This document shows positions 1 to 13,332 of a DNA stretch of 64,000 nt, piece after piece. Numbering within the stretch: the first letter of the stretch is position 1; the number at the start of each line of letters is the position of its first letter. The stretch lies in assembly GCA_965153285.1 (NCBI GenBank), contig OZ229123.1, one strand, 5' to 3'. The position numbers and the translations under genes were made by a program. The notes beneath the pieces were generated by a model. It saw only the letters and a program-made list of their open reading frames with translations. It ran no database searches and was not told where the DNA came from. The stretch is from Podarcis tiliguerta (taxonomy: Eukaryota).

Positions 1-1056
1 TCCTCGTTCCCTTTGCTAACCTGCCAAACTTTACGTCATCTCCACATTTAACTACTAGTAGTACAGCAATATGGCACGCTTATTTCACATTTCTTCCACC
101 GGAGGGCAGGCTTTCTCTTGTTGCCTGGTCCCGAGAGTGCCATTTTTCAATTAAGATTGGGACATTTTGTTTCTAAATATCATAAATCCACTTGATGTTT
201 GTGCTTTCCAGTTCCCTGTCCCTATGTTAGAATCTGGAGCATATGAAATCAACCACTTATCTTGCTCAGAAGCCTGAGAAATTATGAATATAAATTATTC
301 AGTGTATACTACTGCTGGAATTTTGATGCGTGAAATTAAGTACATCACACTGGGAGACATCAGTGGATATGGTGTATGGTAATATTAGGTGCACTTAGCA
401 GCTTTGTTTATGTTGATAATAGGGTACAGTTAACAATTATGCCTGTTACAAGTTCTTACAAATTATGTGGATGCATGGAGCAAAAAAGTTGGACGGAAAT
501 GATGCCAAAACTTGAATGCATTATTTGGGAGCAGAAGAGAGATTATGGTTTCCTGGCATATTATAAACAGTCTACTTATGCTATTTACTGTCCCTAAAAA
601 AAAATATTTAGGAGATTGATGAACTCTTAGTCAGCTTTTAACTTTTCCACTTTACTTTCTCTTTCAACTTGGCATTCTGAAAATTCTGATCTCAAAGTGC
701 CATCAAACACACAAATTTCTCTTCCTGCTTCTATCATGTCTGCTGGACATGATACCTAGTATGCTTGCGAGATGGAATAATTTTGGGAGAACTAGCTGGC
801 CAACATAGGCTGGACTGCTTCAGAATTTGGTCTACCTTCCTATGATATCTCAGGAATTAAATCCCTTGCTCCTCAGCTGTGTGAACTTTCCCCAGGACCT
901 TTGTTCTGTTTTGCAGGCACTTCTTTGGTCCTGCCATCATCTGATATGGTGGGCAGGTACCTGGCAGAAGGAGGCCTTTTCAGTTGTGGCACCAAGACTT
1001 TCATGACCCACTGGGTTTTTAATGGAAAGGAGATGTAGAACTGTGTGCCATCTGCG

Positions 1057-1720
1057 TTATGATGACAGGAAGTTCCAAAACTCTGGATGATGTCCTCCCA
1101 GCGATTTCACATAGATGTTAAAGACCACAAATGGGTGTGAGCAACACCCGGTGGGGAGGATGAAACCAGAGTCAGAACTGGCACAGGAGCTGAGCCAGGG
1201 AGCGCAGCAGATTAATGATCTTGGAAGGGAGCTGTTAACCCAGCGAATGTCCAGAAAAGACATAGAGACTGCCAGCTCCATCTCTACTGTGTCACTGCTT
1301 GCAATGGCATCTTTTCCCTCATCCCACATAGACCCTTCTAAATAGAGCCCTGGTGATAGAGCTTGGTTGGCAACCAGATGAATGTGGGACTTTGGGACTT
1401 CCTATTAGCTCTATTGCCATTTTCGCTCCTGAGGTCTAAGTTTGGTGTTGGAGAAATTGGTGATTAAGGCCAGACTTAAAATGGGGAGACAGATGAGGTG
1501 CCTCTTAGCCTGCCCTTGAGCTACTGTGGGTTCCTCCTGGTCTTCAGCTGGAGTAAGGTTATCTGCCTCTTCCTCTGCAGAGGTCTCTAGGATGTGTGTT
1601 AGAAGGGATCCTGCCACTAGGGGATAGAATAAAACTTTGTGGGGCAGGCCTAGGAGGCCTGTAGCACCACTTCCAGGAAGTGCCCACCATTCATCAGTTC
1701 CTTTCAGCCACATCCTAGAA
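1057..1720 (-). mobile_element. Degenerate L2/CR1-group RT fragment (approximate)
   Basis: - strand peptide FNIYVKSLG resembles L2 LFNIYMKPLG; frameshifted. Confidence 0.5.
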
Positions 1721-2373
1721 AGGCACTTCTGGAGATATTATTGCCAATGAAAGTTGCAGAGGTCCATCAAAATAATACTATTTATATGCCGCCCATCTGA
1801 CTGGGTTTCCCCAGCGGCTTTCAACAACTATAAAACTGTGGTGAGACATCAAACATTAAAAAGTTCCCAGTACAGGGCTGACTTCATATGTCTTATAAAA
1901 GTCAGACCGTTGTTTATTTCCTTGGCATCAAATGGAAGGGCATTGAGCTCCTAGTCCACCAAATGTTTTATTATGCTTCTATATTTGTTGGAAGCTGCCC
2001 AGAGTGGCTGGGGCAACCCAGTCTGATGGATGGGGTACAGATAATAAAATTATTATTAGTATTATTAAATGTTCTTGGAGTCTAACTTCCATCAGGCTCA
2101 GGCGGGGGGCAATGGGAGAGGTAGCCTTTTTTCCCTGTAAACCGTTTTGAGGTGTGTGTTTGTTTGTTTTACGATCAAGGGGCATATAAATTTAATGAAA
2201 TAAATAAATATCCAGCAACATCTGGAAGGCCGCCAGTCCCTCATTCTTGATCTAATCACATCGTCCAAAAATACCTTGAGATGTCACTGTGTGCTCAAGC
2301 ACTGCGTAAAAACACTGCCATGTTGTAACCAGTTGCAAAGATGACAATAACGTTTTCTTCCTCTTTTTTGCAG

Positions 2374-2474
2374 GCCAGTAACGGGCAGTGGTACCAGATG
2401 AATGACTCCACCGTCTCAAACAGTGACATCAGGACTGTATTGAATCAACAAGCCTACGTGCTTTTTTATATCAG
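2374..2474 (+). CDS. USP42: USP42 exon: end of USP catalytic domain ([33 protein letters not shown])
   Basis: ttttgcag|GCC...ATCAG|gtaatg; USP WY..ND..V and AYVLFY motifs; 101 bp, phase 0 to 2. Confidence 0.96.
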
Positions 2475-3395
2475 GTAATGCCAGATGCAAGTTGATTTCC
2501 CTTGCGCTGTGCCTGCACCATTGTTAGTTACGTCTAAAGCCTTTTGGTTTTTGAGAAATTATTCCTAATTCAAGGGCTGAAATTGGGGCAGGCAGAAAGA
2601 AGGTCTATCTACTGGTAGAAATCGGGGTGGTTTGCCATAGATCGGCAAGGGTTTCCGACTACCAAACGTTGTAGTAGCAGCAGCAGGAGCAAGCAAAAAT
2701 GTGCTGATTTCCCCTGCCTTACTTGTCCCTGAAACACATGTGCTAACTGCTGTCTTTCTCACCAAGCCTTCCTGTAACTCTGTTGGCCAGTGTTAGTACA
2801 TCTGGTTCAACCACATTAAAGACCACAACTGTGTACTTGTCTTCAGCTGGTAGACATTGGGTTTCTGTTAAAAAAGGAAGATTTCCACAAAGTTTACCCA
2901 CTCTTGGCTTAACCTCTTAGCCAGACAGTTCTAGTCACTGGATACAAATACCCTTCTGCACTCGCTGACTCTTTGGCATCCGGCACACGGATTTTGGGGG
3001 AGTTGGTTCAGGCAGAGACACAAACCGACCAGCATTTGCTGTTTAGCCAGTTGGGTAACCTAAATTGGTTGACATCCCTCCTCAGTCATTATGGGGTGTT
3101 GCCTTGCAAGGAGTGAAAGCTGTCTTGCAAATAAGTCAAAAGCATGTTATCTATCTTCCCTTTTCTGTTCTTTGGGCAACTTGTGTAGCAAGTCCACTAT
3201 GGTGTTTTGGCAGCTGCTGCTAGCCACAGCAGTGTGGTGTAGTGGTTAGAGCGTTCAACTAGGACTGAAAGCATGAGAGACAAATAAGTCATAGGAGCCC
3301 TAGGGAGAATTTCATGGTAGAAATAGGTTTGTGCAAAGAAAGAAAGAAAGAAATTTAGTCAACAAATGTGGATCAATATGTCTTTTATTTGTTAG

Positions 3396-3546
3396 GTCCC
3401 ATGACATGAAAAATGGCGGCGAACACATTCATTCCGTTCACACTCCTGGGCAGTCTTCTCCTCGACCTGTTATCAATCAGCGGGTGGTCAATAAGCAGAC
3501 TGCGCCAGGGTTTATTGGACCACAACTACCCCCTCACATGATTAAG
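3396..3546 (+). CDS. USP42: USP42 exon ([10 protein letters not shown]...[14 protein letters not shown])
   Basis: gttag|G...AAG|gtactt; frame-compatible with flanking exons; contains the FIGPQLP motif. Confidence 0.95.
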
Positions 3547-3711
3547 GTACTTCTCTCTTCTGAAGCCAATGGCATAAAGGTAGCAGGTTAGGCAGCAAGG
3601 GTTCACTGAAATCTTGTAGCTCTGAAAGTTACTGTAACTGTTCTGTGCCTATTTTTGCAATGCAGGTGAAACACCTGGTAAGTAAATGTTGCAACATTTA
3701 CAGAAATTTTA

Positions 3712-3920
3712 CAGTTGTACCTCGGCTCCCGAACACCTTGGAAGTCGAAGTTCCGGCTCCTGAACGATCGAAAACCGGAAGTGAGTGTTCTGGTTTTCGA
3801 ACGTTCTTTCGGAAGTCGAACTTCCTGCAGCCACTCAGAAGCCACGCTTTGGAAGTCGAACGTTTTGAAAGTCGAACAAACTTCCAGAACGGATTCTGTT
3901 CGACTCCCGAGGTGTGACTG
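3712..3920. mobile_element. Tigger-like MITE
   Basis: TA|CAGTTGTACCTCGG...CCGAGGTGTGACTG|TA; internal ggaagtcgaac repeats. Confidence 0.85.
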
Positions 3921-4164
3921 TAGTGGAAATCTGGGTTTTTGATACAACAAATTATGTACATTTGTTGCTCTAATGCAGGGGTAGGGGATCTATTTCAGTC
4001 TGAGGGCCGCACTCCTTTCTGGGCAGCCTTCCAAGGGCCACATACCAGTGGGTGGAGCCAGATATGAAAGTGGGTGGAGCAACAAATGTAAATTTTGCCT
4101 TTCTACTGTAAGCTAGTTTTTACATAGGCTTCGCTTTCTCAGAGGATTTCTTTTTCATTCATAG

Positions 4165-4911
4165 AATTCGAATCATTTGAATGGAACGGCATCCCTGAAA
4201 GAAACTCCCAGCGGTTCTGTGGCAATCGCTAGTAACGTCACCCTCACCAGGCCATCTTCTGCTCCTCCGGCCATGTCTATCCCAAACTGGACGATGAACA
4301 GGCCTACGGCCGCCGCCACTCCTGACCCTTCCAAGAAGCAAAAAATAACCATCAGTATTCACAACAAGCTGTCCGCTCGCCAAAGTGTCTCTCACGCCAG
4401 CTGTACCTTGGACAACCCCAGCAAGCCTGCCCCGTCCTCGACCATTTCCAGCCCTGCTGCTGTGCAATCTACCTCAAGCGCACCTGCCGTCTCGGCTCCT
4501 AACCAAGTCCCCAAGCAAATGCCTCCGAGCGAACCTTGCTCCAAGTTGGTAGTGAATGGCAAGTCCAAGCTGAACCCGAGCACGTTGGTCCCTTACGGGG
4601 CAGAATCTTCTGAAGACTCCGACGAGGAGTCCAAAGGATTGGTGAAAGAGAACGGCCACGCTGCCCCTCTCAACGGCATTCTAGCTGAAAATGCAGCCAG
4701 CGCATTGGAGGGCTCTTGTTTGTCGTGTCACAACGCCGAGAAGGAGGCTCCGCAGCACGAAGCGCCGAAAAACATTACCGTTCTTGTTTCCATTAGTATA
4801 AATGATACCCCTAAACAAAACGGACAGATATGCAACGATTCCACTAGCCAAGCAAAGCCTACTAAATCAGCCGAAAACCCGTTCTCCAAAGCAAATGGGT
4901 TGCCTGGGAAA
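4165..4911 (+). CDS. USP42: USP42 exon (NSNHLNGT...KKQKITISIHNKL...LVPYGAESSEDSDEE...NGLPGK)
   Basis: catag|AAT...AAA|gtgagt; 747 bp = 249 codons; overlaps ORF 4177-5001. Confidence 0.95.
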
Positions 4912-6084
4912 GTGAGTATTTTTCCGCTCCAGCTTCTGCGGCTCAGTGCAGGTGTGACGCCAGCTCCCTTCAAACCATGGCCTGCCAAGTCTGTGGTCTA
5001 GGGTGTGGTCTTGATGTCCCATGATGCAACAGTGTTGTTGGAGCTAGGAGGGTCTGAGTGTAGTTGGGGCCTGGATGAGAGACTGCCTGGGAATCCTGTG
5101 CACACAGCTTTGTGTTCTATGGAAGGAAGGCTGGATACAAATAAACTTGAAGCTGTTGATAGCAAGACCCATGCTCCTTTCCTTCTGCACTGTGGCATGA
5201 ATTCTTTCTCCCCTCTCCCTTTGTAGACCTTACCTGTGCTTCGGCATTCCATGATGCTAACAGTGACGGCTAGTGCTAATCAGTTTCCCTCTTAACCAGG
5301 GTTTGTAAATTCACTTCTTATTCCAGCTGGGATAGGAGTCCTGGTGCAACCTTAACCATGGTTGGCACTGGTGTAGACAACCACGGCTAATCTAGGAAGG
5401 GCAGAGGTTATCCATGCTTGCTGGGGAGTGAGCATTTCTGGGGCTGCTTCCCAGATTCCAAACCACCATTCCGTCTGCATCAGACTTGTGGCTTATCAGC
5501 ATGGCTGTGGGGATACCCCACACACCTGCCATTGCATTACGGCAGCTTTCCACAACCTGGTACAACTCCCATCAGACATGGCTAGCGTGGCCAGAGGTCA
5601 GGGATGACTGAGTTGTAGTCCAAACCGTCCCACAAGTGAAGTTATTGATGTAAGCCAATATAGGCAGAGTTGGTTGGGTTGTGTAATTCATCTAGATGTA
5701 AATCAAAACATCTGGAGGGATGGCAAAAGCTGATGTCATTTACGCATACTGCAGAATTTGGCTTGGATGAGGACCTTTGCTTCTTATTCAGGGAGCGCCA
5801 AAACAGCTTCAGTGAAGTTTGGAGGCACCACATTAGCAACCCCCTAGCAATACCAAGCTGTGCAGACCAGGGGTCTGACTCTGTATAAGGCAGCTACTTA
5901 AAACTCCTTTTGCCTTTTCTAGTTGGTGTTTATTGAGCATGGTATTTGGTGGGAGCCAGTCTTAGCTAATACATCTCTTACCCATGTGAGGAAGGAAGGC
6001 AATTTGTTTCTCACAAGCACTTAAAGTAGTTGTTGTCCCTATTGGTTGATACTGCATGTTAACCTTATTTGTTTTCAATAATAG

Positions 6085-6176
6085 GGTGTGCCTACAGCTT
6101 TGCCCCCAGTCCCTGAAGACAGGATCTTAGACTCTTTCAGATACAATCAACTGAAAACCTCATCGGGGGAAATAAG
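6085..6176 (+). CDS. USP42: USP42 exon (GVPTALPPVPEDRILDSFRYNQLKTSSGEI)
   Basis: aatag|GGT...AG|gtaaag; 92 bp, phase 0 to 2, bridges neighbouring exons; resembles mammalian PEDKILETFR as recalled. Confidence 0.9.
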
Positions 6177-7470
6177 GTAAAGCACATGTGCTTTTTCCAA
6201 TACGCTTTCCTTCAGACGCGTGTGTTTTCACACAGTATATTGCCGATGCCTAGTTCTGTAGGATCTGCAGCCATTTGTTTGGAAATAAGTGCAGGGTTTG
6301 TGGAAATCAGAGCTTAATCTTTGGGCTGTGCCTTCTCTTCAACAACATCTGGTGTTGTGCACCTTATGCTAATATACTCCAGAAAGTAGTTCTATATAAT
6401 TGTCCTGAAATCGGTCTAAACAGGATCTCTCTCGAGATTTCTAAAGCTTGGGCAACATTGAGCATTTAAAGCAGGGATGGGGACCTTTGTCTTTCCAGAT
6501 GTTGATGGACTTCAACTCTTATCAGGCGCAGCCGATAATGGGCATTGCAGTCCAGCAACATTTGGAAGTCCACATTCCTGATGTAAATTAGTGACCCAAA
6601 GATTTCATTTAAAGACAGAGTGTATTCCGTGGCTAAATAGAATTGTAAGAGCTATGGTAGAACAAATTCCTTCTTGATTGTGGCAAGCTACCATCTTCTT
6701 TCATTCCCTTAAAAGAACACAAGTCTTTGGAGCATTTATACCTTGTGGGATTTAATGTTCTATCAACAGTGGTGCTCCAAGGCAGATTTCTGAAAATTCT
6801 GCTTCGGTGTAAGATTGGCCCAGTCAGTTAGCGCATCACAGTAAAGGGTGGGGGGGGGGAAGTTAAATGCAGAGTTAATTGGTTTTTCAAAAACAGCATT
6901 GTAACAATACGTAGAGCAAACATGAATAATAAAGGAAAATGAAAACATAGAAGCAAAGCATGTAAGTTCATAATATCATCAGAAAATTAGACCTGAACCA
7001 TAGTTAATAGTTTACCGTGATTGCCCATTTCTGGTTTGTTTTGAGGCTTCCATTTGTGCTGTAAGGAAACAACCCAACCCCCTGGGTTAACATAATGTCC
7101 AAAGCAGGGATTGTGTTTGTTCCACTCCCAATAAATGATGATCAGTAAGCCAAGAAAAAATAAATCTTTGCTACGTATTGTGGTTTGTTGAGGCAAAATA
7201 AAGCATGATCCCTGGTTTAGACATAACACTAAGGTAGGGATCACAGTTAGACATTACCTGTGGTTTACTGTGACACATGAATGAAGTTACTGTGTCCACG
7301 CAATAACAGAGTTTCTAAAACCATCTTGGTACATGTACTTTATATTGCGACTTTTATTCTGCTTTGAGAGAAGTGTTTTCCGGAAGTTGAAAAAAGTGTG
7401 AAGGTATATGTAATGTTTGCTATATATTTGTTTTTCTGGTCAGTGGCATCTCTCTCTTTCTCATGTGCAG

Positions 7471-8775
7471 CGGTAGTGGAACAGAAAAAACAGACGGCCC
7501 TTCTGAAGAGGGAGCCAGTACTCTTCCCAACAACATCCAGACTCATTTGGCCCCTTCAGACCCTGAAATCACCTCTACGACGGAAGACCCCTGTGAAAGG
7601 ACTGTTGCCGAAACAGAGAGCACGCCTCTTGAGAGTGATGAGCAGCACGGCCCTAAATCCAGTTCGTTGGGAGCAGAGGAAGACTTCCCTAGGGAAGGTG
7701 ACGTGGAGGACCATCCTGAAAAGATGAGGGGACCAAAAGAAGAGAAAGCAGCTTGGGAAAAGAGCCCTGAGCCTGTCAGGGGAGCAGCAGAAAAGGGGGT
7801 GCATAGCCCCCTCCTTACAAGGTCCGACGGTGAATGTAGTTCTCCAAAGCTTGCCACTGTAAACGTGGCAGAAAAATGCCAAGAAACACAAGACAGTGCG
7901 GAACGCTACGAGGATGTCCCGCCTCCCGATGAACCTTCCGTTACAAGGCTGGACCCCGTTGGAGGAAGCCAGTGTTCGAAGGACGATGGCAGATTGGGAG
8001 AGAGCAGCAGCAAACAGTTCATAGGAAATACAGAAAGGCAAGAGTTGAAATCCCATTCGCCCCTTAAGGAAAAAATATCCACCTCAAAAAAAATAGACAA
8101 AGAGCACTACCGTTCGAAAAGGAAGCGCTCTGAAAGCGAGGAGGAGGAAGAGGAGGAGGCGGCAGCAGTGGCCCCCCGGGGCCAGCCAGAAGGGCACTAC
8201 CCCAAGAAGTGGTGCTCCTACAGCAGGGAGAGGGCCAAGCAGGAGCACTACCTGCGAGAATACTACAATGCAAACTATTACAGATTCCCCTGCAGCCCTG
8301 ATCCTGAGAGGGGCATGGGGAAATATCCCTCTTACAGATCTCGCAGCAGAGGCAAAACGGACCCTGAACGGAGCAGGCATTGCTACGGGAAAGGGGAGCA
8401 GTCGTGGAGCAAGGAGCGGTATTACCAAGATGGCCCGAGGAGATGGGAGAGCTGCCGGCCTTACAGCTACTACTATTCTTCCCACGGCCCCAGGTACAAT
8501 CAGGATAGGAAATTCACTCACTGCGAGAGAGACTATAGCAAATCAAGTCATGTTTACAGTAGCCCGTATAAGTACGATCATTATAAAAGCAGGTGGACTC
8601 ACGACCAGGAAAGGAAGAGGAGGTGCCAGAGCCCCGAGGGGAGCAAGACCCCCCCGGAAAAGAGGCACCGGAAGCTCTCACAGAGTGAGTCTCTTGAGGA
8701 ACAAAGAGGGCGGAAGCACAAGAAGTCGAAGAAGAAGAAGAAGTTGAAAAGCAAACACAGAGAGAGAGATTCCAG
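7471..8775 (+). CDS. USP42: USP42 large exon: acidic then R/Y/S-rich disordered region and poly-K tract
   Basis: gtgcag|C...TCCAG|gttagt; 1305 bp inside ORF 7463-8794; ends HKKSKKKKKLKSKHRERDS. Confidence 0.93.
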
Positions 8776-9824
8776 GTTAGTGCAAAGTTGGTGAGGGTGG
8801 GGGGAAGCCAATGGCAGGAGCCCAAATAAGTTCTACTTGGAGTTGGCCAGCTGAAATGAATGACCCACCATTAGCCATGGCTGCTCATTTCTGTGGATCT
8901 ACTCCTTTATTTATTTTAGAACATTTGTAGCCCTCTTCAGCCAAGAAGGCTCCTAGTGTGGCTTACCTAGCAAGACAGTCCCTCCCCACAGGTTTGCAGT
9001 CTGGAAAGCACACAAGAGAGGGGGTGGAATCAAACTCGGGCACCAATTCTTAAACAGTGCTTACAATGACCGGCTGGCACATTCCAGTGGTAGGAGGTGC
9101 TGATCTTTCCTGTCTCTCCCATGGAGGCAGTCTAATGGGGAGGAGGCCTAAGGGAGATGGAGTCTTGCTCTTAAGTACAGCTAGCGTTGGGTACACACCC
9201 AACTTTTGTGAAGCTTTATGGTCTTCCCCTGACAGTTGCTTATGACCTTGGAATGGGATAGTCGGGAATCGACTTGCCGCTTCTCGAACTAGCTGGTACC
9301 TCTGCAATGTGGTGGTTTCTGCAGTGCACTGGCATTTATTTTTTAATTATTTTTAATTCTACTATTTTTCACTTGGAAGGGGCCATAGCTTCCTTTGCAC
9401 GTTCAATCCCCAACATCTCCAGTTGAAATGGGTCAGGTAGTGCCAGCTATGGGAAATAGCTCTCTCTCTCTCTCGCTTCCTGCCTGTAATCCCGGAGAAG
9501 CAGTTCTAGTCAGTGTATACAATACTGAGCTAGATGGAGCCAGTGGTGCAACTTCGTTGGTGTATGGAAGCGTCCTATGTTTCATTCATAAACACTTTCT
9601 GTTTAAAATCCACTAATAAAATAAATGAAGCTAATCTCAGGTCCAGAGTGTATTAGTAGATCAGCTGCCAAGGCAGGTTTAAAGAGGAAAAGCTTAAGCT
9701 GGCTGTGGCATGAAAGCAAGAAGGGCCTTTTGTGCTTCCCATGGGAGGGGGGATAAAACTAAGCTCTAGGGCCACAGCAGGAAAGGTCCTGCTTCTTGAA
9801 ATGAAATCATCCACAGGATCTTTA

Positions 9825-10176
9825 AAGGTAAAGGGACCCCCTGACCATTAGGTCCAGTCGTGACTGACTCTGGGATTGCGGTGCTCACCTCGCTTTATTG
9901 GCTGAGGGAGCCGGCGTACAACTTCCAGGTCCTGTGGCCAGCATGACTAAGCCACTTCTGGCAAACCAGAGCAGCGCACGGAAACGCCGTTTACCTTCCC
10001 GCCGGAGTGGTACCTATTTATCTACTTACACTTTGACGTGCTTTCAAACTGCTAGGTTGGCAGGAGCAGGGACCAAACAACAGGAGCTCACCCTGTCGCG
10101 GGGATTCGAACCGCCGACCTTCTGATTGGCAAGTCCTAGGCTCTGTGGTTTAACCCACAGTGCCACCCACATCCCT
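9825..10176 (-). mobile_element. Sauria SINE, full length
   Basis: tRNA-like head with B-box ggttcgaatcc and (ACCTTT)n tail on - strand; 12-bp TSD acaggatcttta (9813-24, 10177-88). Confidence 0.92.
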
Positions 10177-11069
10177 ACAGGATCTTTAGCAGACCTTAAA
10201 TTGCGGTGGGGGGAGAAGGTTAATTTAGTACACTATGCTCCAATGTGCAGCTCAAGGGCCACATGCGACCCTCAGCAACATTTGACAATGCTCCCAGCCC
10301 TTGTGGGTAAGTGAGGCCCTGGGCTTTGGGAAGGAGGCATGAGGGCTCTGGCAGGGTCCTAGAGTCCTCCCACCTCCTTCCCAAAACCTAGTTAGCGCTT
10401 TCCCTGCTTCAGGAAGGTGGTGTAAGGTCTCTACAACCCTGCCAGAGCCTCACGCCTCTTTCCCAAAGCCCACACCTCACTTAGCCAACTTTGGAAAGGC
10501 AGTGCAAAAACTCGTGGGCCTCAAATTTTGGCCTTGCTCCCTGCCCCGCATGAGAAGGCAGTGTGTGACCCACAGGTTCCATGTTGAAGTACTCTTGCAA
10601 CCCACTTGGTATGAAAAGCTGGGCCGCCCTGATTTAGTGCCTTATTAGGAAAGTGACTAGAACTTTGTGGTGCTAGTGAATTACACTGAGGATTGAGTGG
10701 GAAGTTTCACGTAAGCCATTATTTATTTACTTAATAAACAACTCTTCATCTGAAAGGCAGTTTACAACATAAGAACACAAAGCGCATAACATCATAATAA
10801 TAACAACAAACCCCCAGTAGAATAACTTTGGTGACCTTGGGCTTGATAGTTATTTCTCAACCCCAGTCCCCCAACTAGAAAATGGGAATAATCCTACTCT
10901 TCTTCCTCAGGGTGGGAGAACAAAAGCAATAAAGATCATATAGTGTGTCTTTGATCCCAAGGCAGCAAACAACAAGCAGGTCATGTTACTCATAGCAGAT
11001 TGAGCTGTGTGTGAGCTGTGACCATGAGCCTCCATGGAGGGAATGCCCTCTCCTCTAGGTGAACAGCAG

Positions 11070-11260
11070 CAAAGGAAGCTGCCTTATCCCCAGTCAGACC
11101 ATTGGTTCATCTAGCTCAGTATCATCACAACTGAGTGACAATGGCTCCTCAGAGTTTCAGACAAGGGTCTCTCTGTGCCCAGCCTTGAGGGGTCAGGGAT
11201 GGAAGCTGGGACCTTCTGCATTCAAAGCAGTGCCCTACCACTGAGTCATGGCCCTTCCCT
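11070..11260 (-). mobile_element. Squamate tRNA-derived SINE (Squam3-like); related degenerate copies near 9375-9580, 12655-12820, 34000-34170, 42410-42612, 46140-46290
   Basis: Shared blocks ggaagctgcctta..agtcagaccattgg..catctagctcagtat and a tRNA-like head; family name from memory. Confidence 0.6.
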
Positions 11261-11616
11261 AAGTTTCCTTGCCCAGCCACTAACTTGGATGTCTTTAAAG
11301 GAGGATTAGACTACTTGGTAGACCACTGGTCATCTTGCATTCTTAAGGTTGGCTCCCTTTCCACATTACCTAGTGAAATGTAGGGAGGCTCAAAACCCAG
11401 TCAGAGCAGAAACTCTGAAATCACTCTGTCTTTATGAACTGGGTAGGAATAATGTCTGTGTTCATTTGCGCATGCACGCACACACACACACACACACCCT
11501 GGGATAAGTGGGAGGAGTGACCCACTCAGGACACTTTCCTCTTGGCTGAAGAACCTGTTGCCTTCCAGGAGCTTGCATTGCAGATTTTCCTGTTAACTAG
11601 CTTCCGTTTCCTTCAG

Positions 11617-11936
11617 GTACCACCAGGATTCAGACCCGTCTGTATCCAGCTCTGAGGCCGAGACTCACAAGCATAAACATAAGAAGAAAAAGAAGAAGAA
11701 GAAGAAACGCACGAAGAAAGAAGAGCGCGCCGAAACGTCAGCTTCTCGTCTTCCCAAGCCAACCGGCTTGGAAACCAAGAATCTCAAAGCATGGGAAATG
11801 ACTGAGTCTTCTTCTTCGGATGCATATAGGAAACAGGGCAAGGGCCCCCAGGATGGAGAGACTGTTTGCCAGAAAACCAAGAGCTTAGAAGGTAGCAACA
11901 GAGAGAGCTGCTGCCCACCTACAGATCGTAACGTAG
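11617..11936 (+). CDS. USP42: USP42 exon (YHQDSD...HKHKHKKKKKKKKKR...TDRNV)
   Basis: cttcag|G...GTAG|gtaaga; in frame with the previous exon; second lysine tract typical of the USP42 C-terminus. Confidence 0.92.
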
Positions 11937-13279
11937 GTAAGAAGCTTGGAGGGGGATTTCCAAGTGGTGTCTAGCAGCCTTCGCCTTCATGGGGAGCTTC
12001 CAGTGGTTTTGGACAAGCACCCCCAGTGGGGTGGCTGGAGCTGATGAGAGTAGCCACCCAGAATCCCTGGAGGATCCCCACACTGGCAGAAGTTGCTGTA
12101 AAGCAGCTCTCCCTCCCACTCCTGGGCAACCTCTGGAGTCCTCTTACTTTGTTTTATTACATTTCTATCTCATATCCTCTCAAAGGAGCTCAAGAAACGG
12201 CATGCACTGTTCCATTTTAGCCTTATGAGGATCTGTGTGAAGGTAGGTCAGGCAGAGCTTTCCACTTGGAAATGGCCATCCTTGGTCCAGCCTTGTAGCC
12301 ACTATATCACGCTGTCTGTGAGATAACCTCTAGCAGGCATTCCCATCCATAAGACTTAGTGGTCCTCCCTTTCGCTTTCATAAACCTGGACAATTCATGA
12401 TTGGGAACCCAGAATCATGCTAAGGCTGCTTTGTCTGTGCTGCCTCAGAGCTCCCAGGCCAACTATAGGACTGTCCCAACATGTCGCCAGCTCCCCACCT
12501 TCTGTATCCAAATGGAAAATGGCTGCGTTCCTGACAAATGATTGCATCAAGGTGCTGTTTAACCCGAGATTCAATCAACAGTGCATATTTCATTGTGCTG
12601 CCAATAACTTGATGTAATCCCAAGCTTCCTCAGGGGTTTCAAAATATCATAGGACCTAGAAAGCTGCTTTATATTCAGTCAGACTCTTGGTCCATCTAGC
12701 TCAGTATTGTCCACACTGACTGGCAGCGCCTGTCCCTGGCTTCAGACTTGAGTCTTTTGCCAGGCAGGAACTGACCCTGGAACCTTCAGCATCCAAAGCA
12801 GATGCTGAACCACTGAGTTTGGTTAGCATGGTTTATTAGTGATCGCTTATAAAACCTGCAGTGTTTCCTAGGTGCTGTACAAAGAGTTAAAAAAACGAAA
12901 CAGACCCTGTCCACAAGCTTGCAGGCCAATGAATATGTCACAAAAAGAGGGAAGGAATGGGAAAACCAGCAAACTCTGGTACTAATAGAATTGTTCTTAT
13001 GATGACCAGCTTGAACAGAGACATTTCAGGGAGGGGTGGAGCCAAATGGCAGCTGGTCTCTTAGCCAGACTGATGGAGAGTGATCCCATTTCACTCTCTG
13101 CTGCTGATGGCTCAAGGAAACAATTCAAGGATTATTCAGTGCTGGAATTGTCAGTGATGCAGTTCTTACAGCTTGTGTGACACAGCCGCACAATTGTGCT
13201 GTGCCATTAAGGAACTAGATAAAAGCTCATCTCAGATCTAGGCATCCAAGAATAACCTGGTTCTCTTCTCTTCTTTCAG

Positions 13280-13332
13280 ATCCAGAGTGTCTGCTGGAAG
13301 CCATCCCTCCACAGCTCGCAGTATATTTATAA
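13280..13332 (+). CDS. USP42: Probable USP42 terminal exon coding part (DPECLLEAIPPQLAVYL*)
   Basis: Strong pyrimidine tract ttctcttctcttctttcag|; phase-1 join gives TAA at 13330-13332. An intervening small exon cannot be excluded. Confidence 0.6.
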
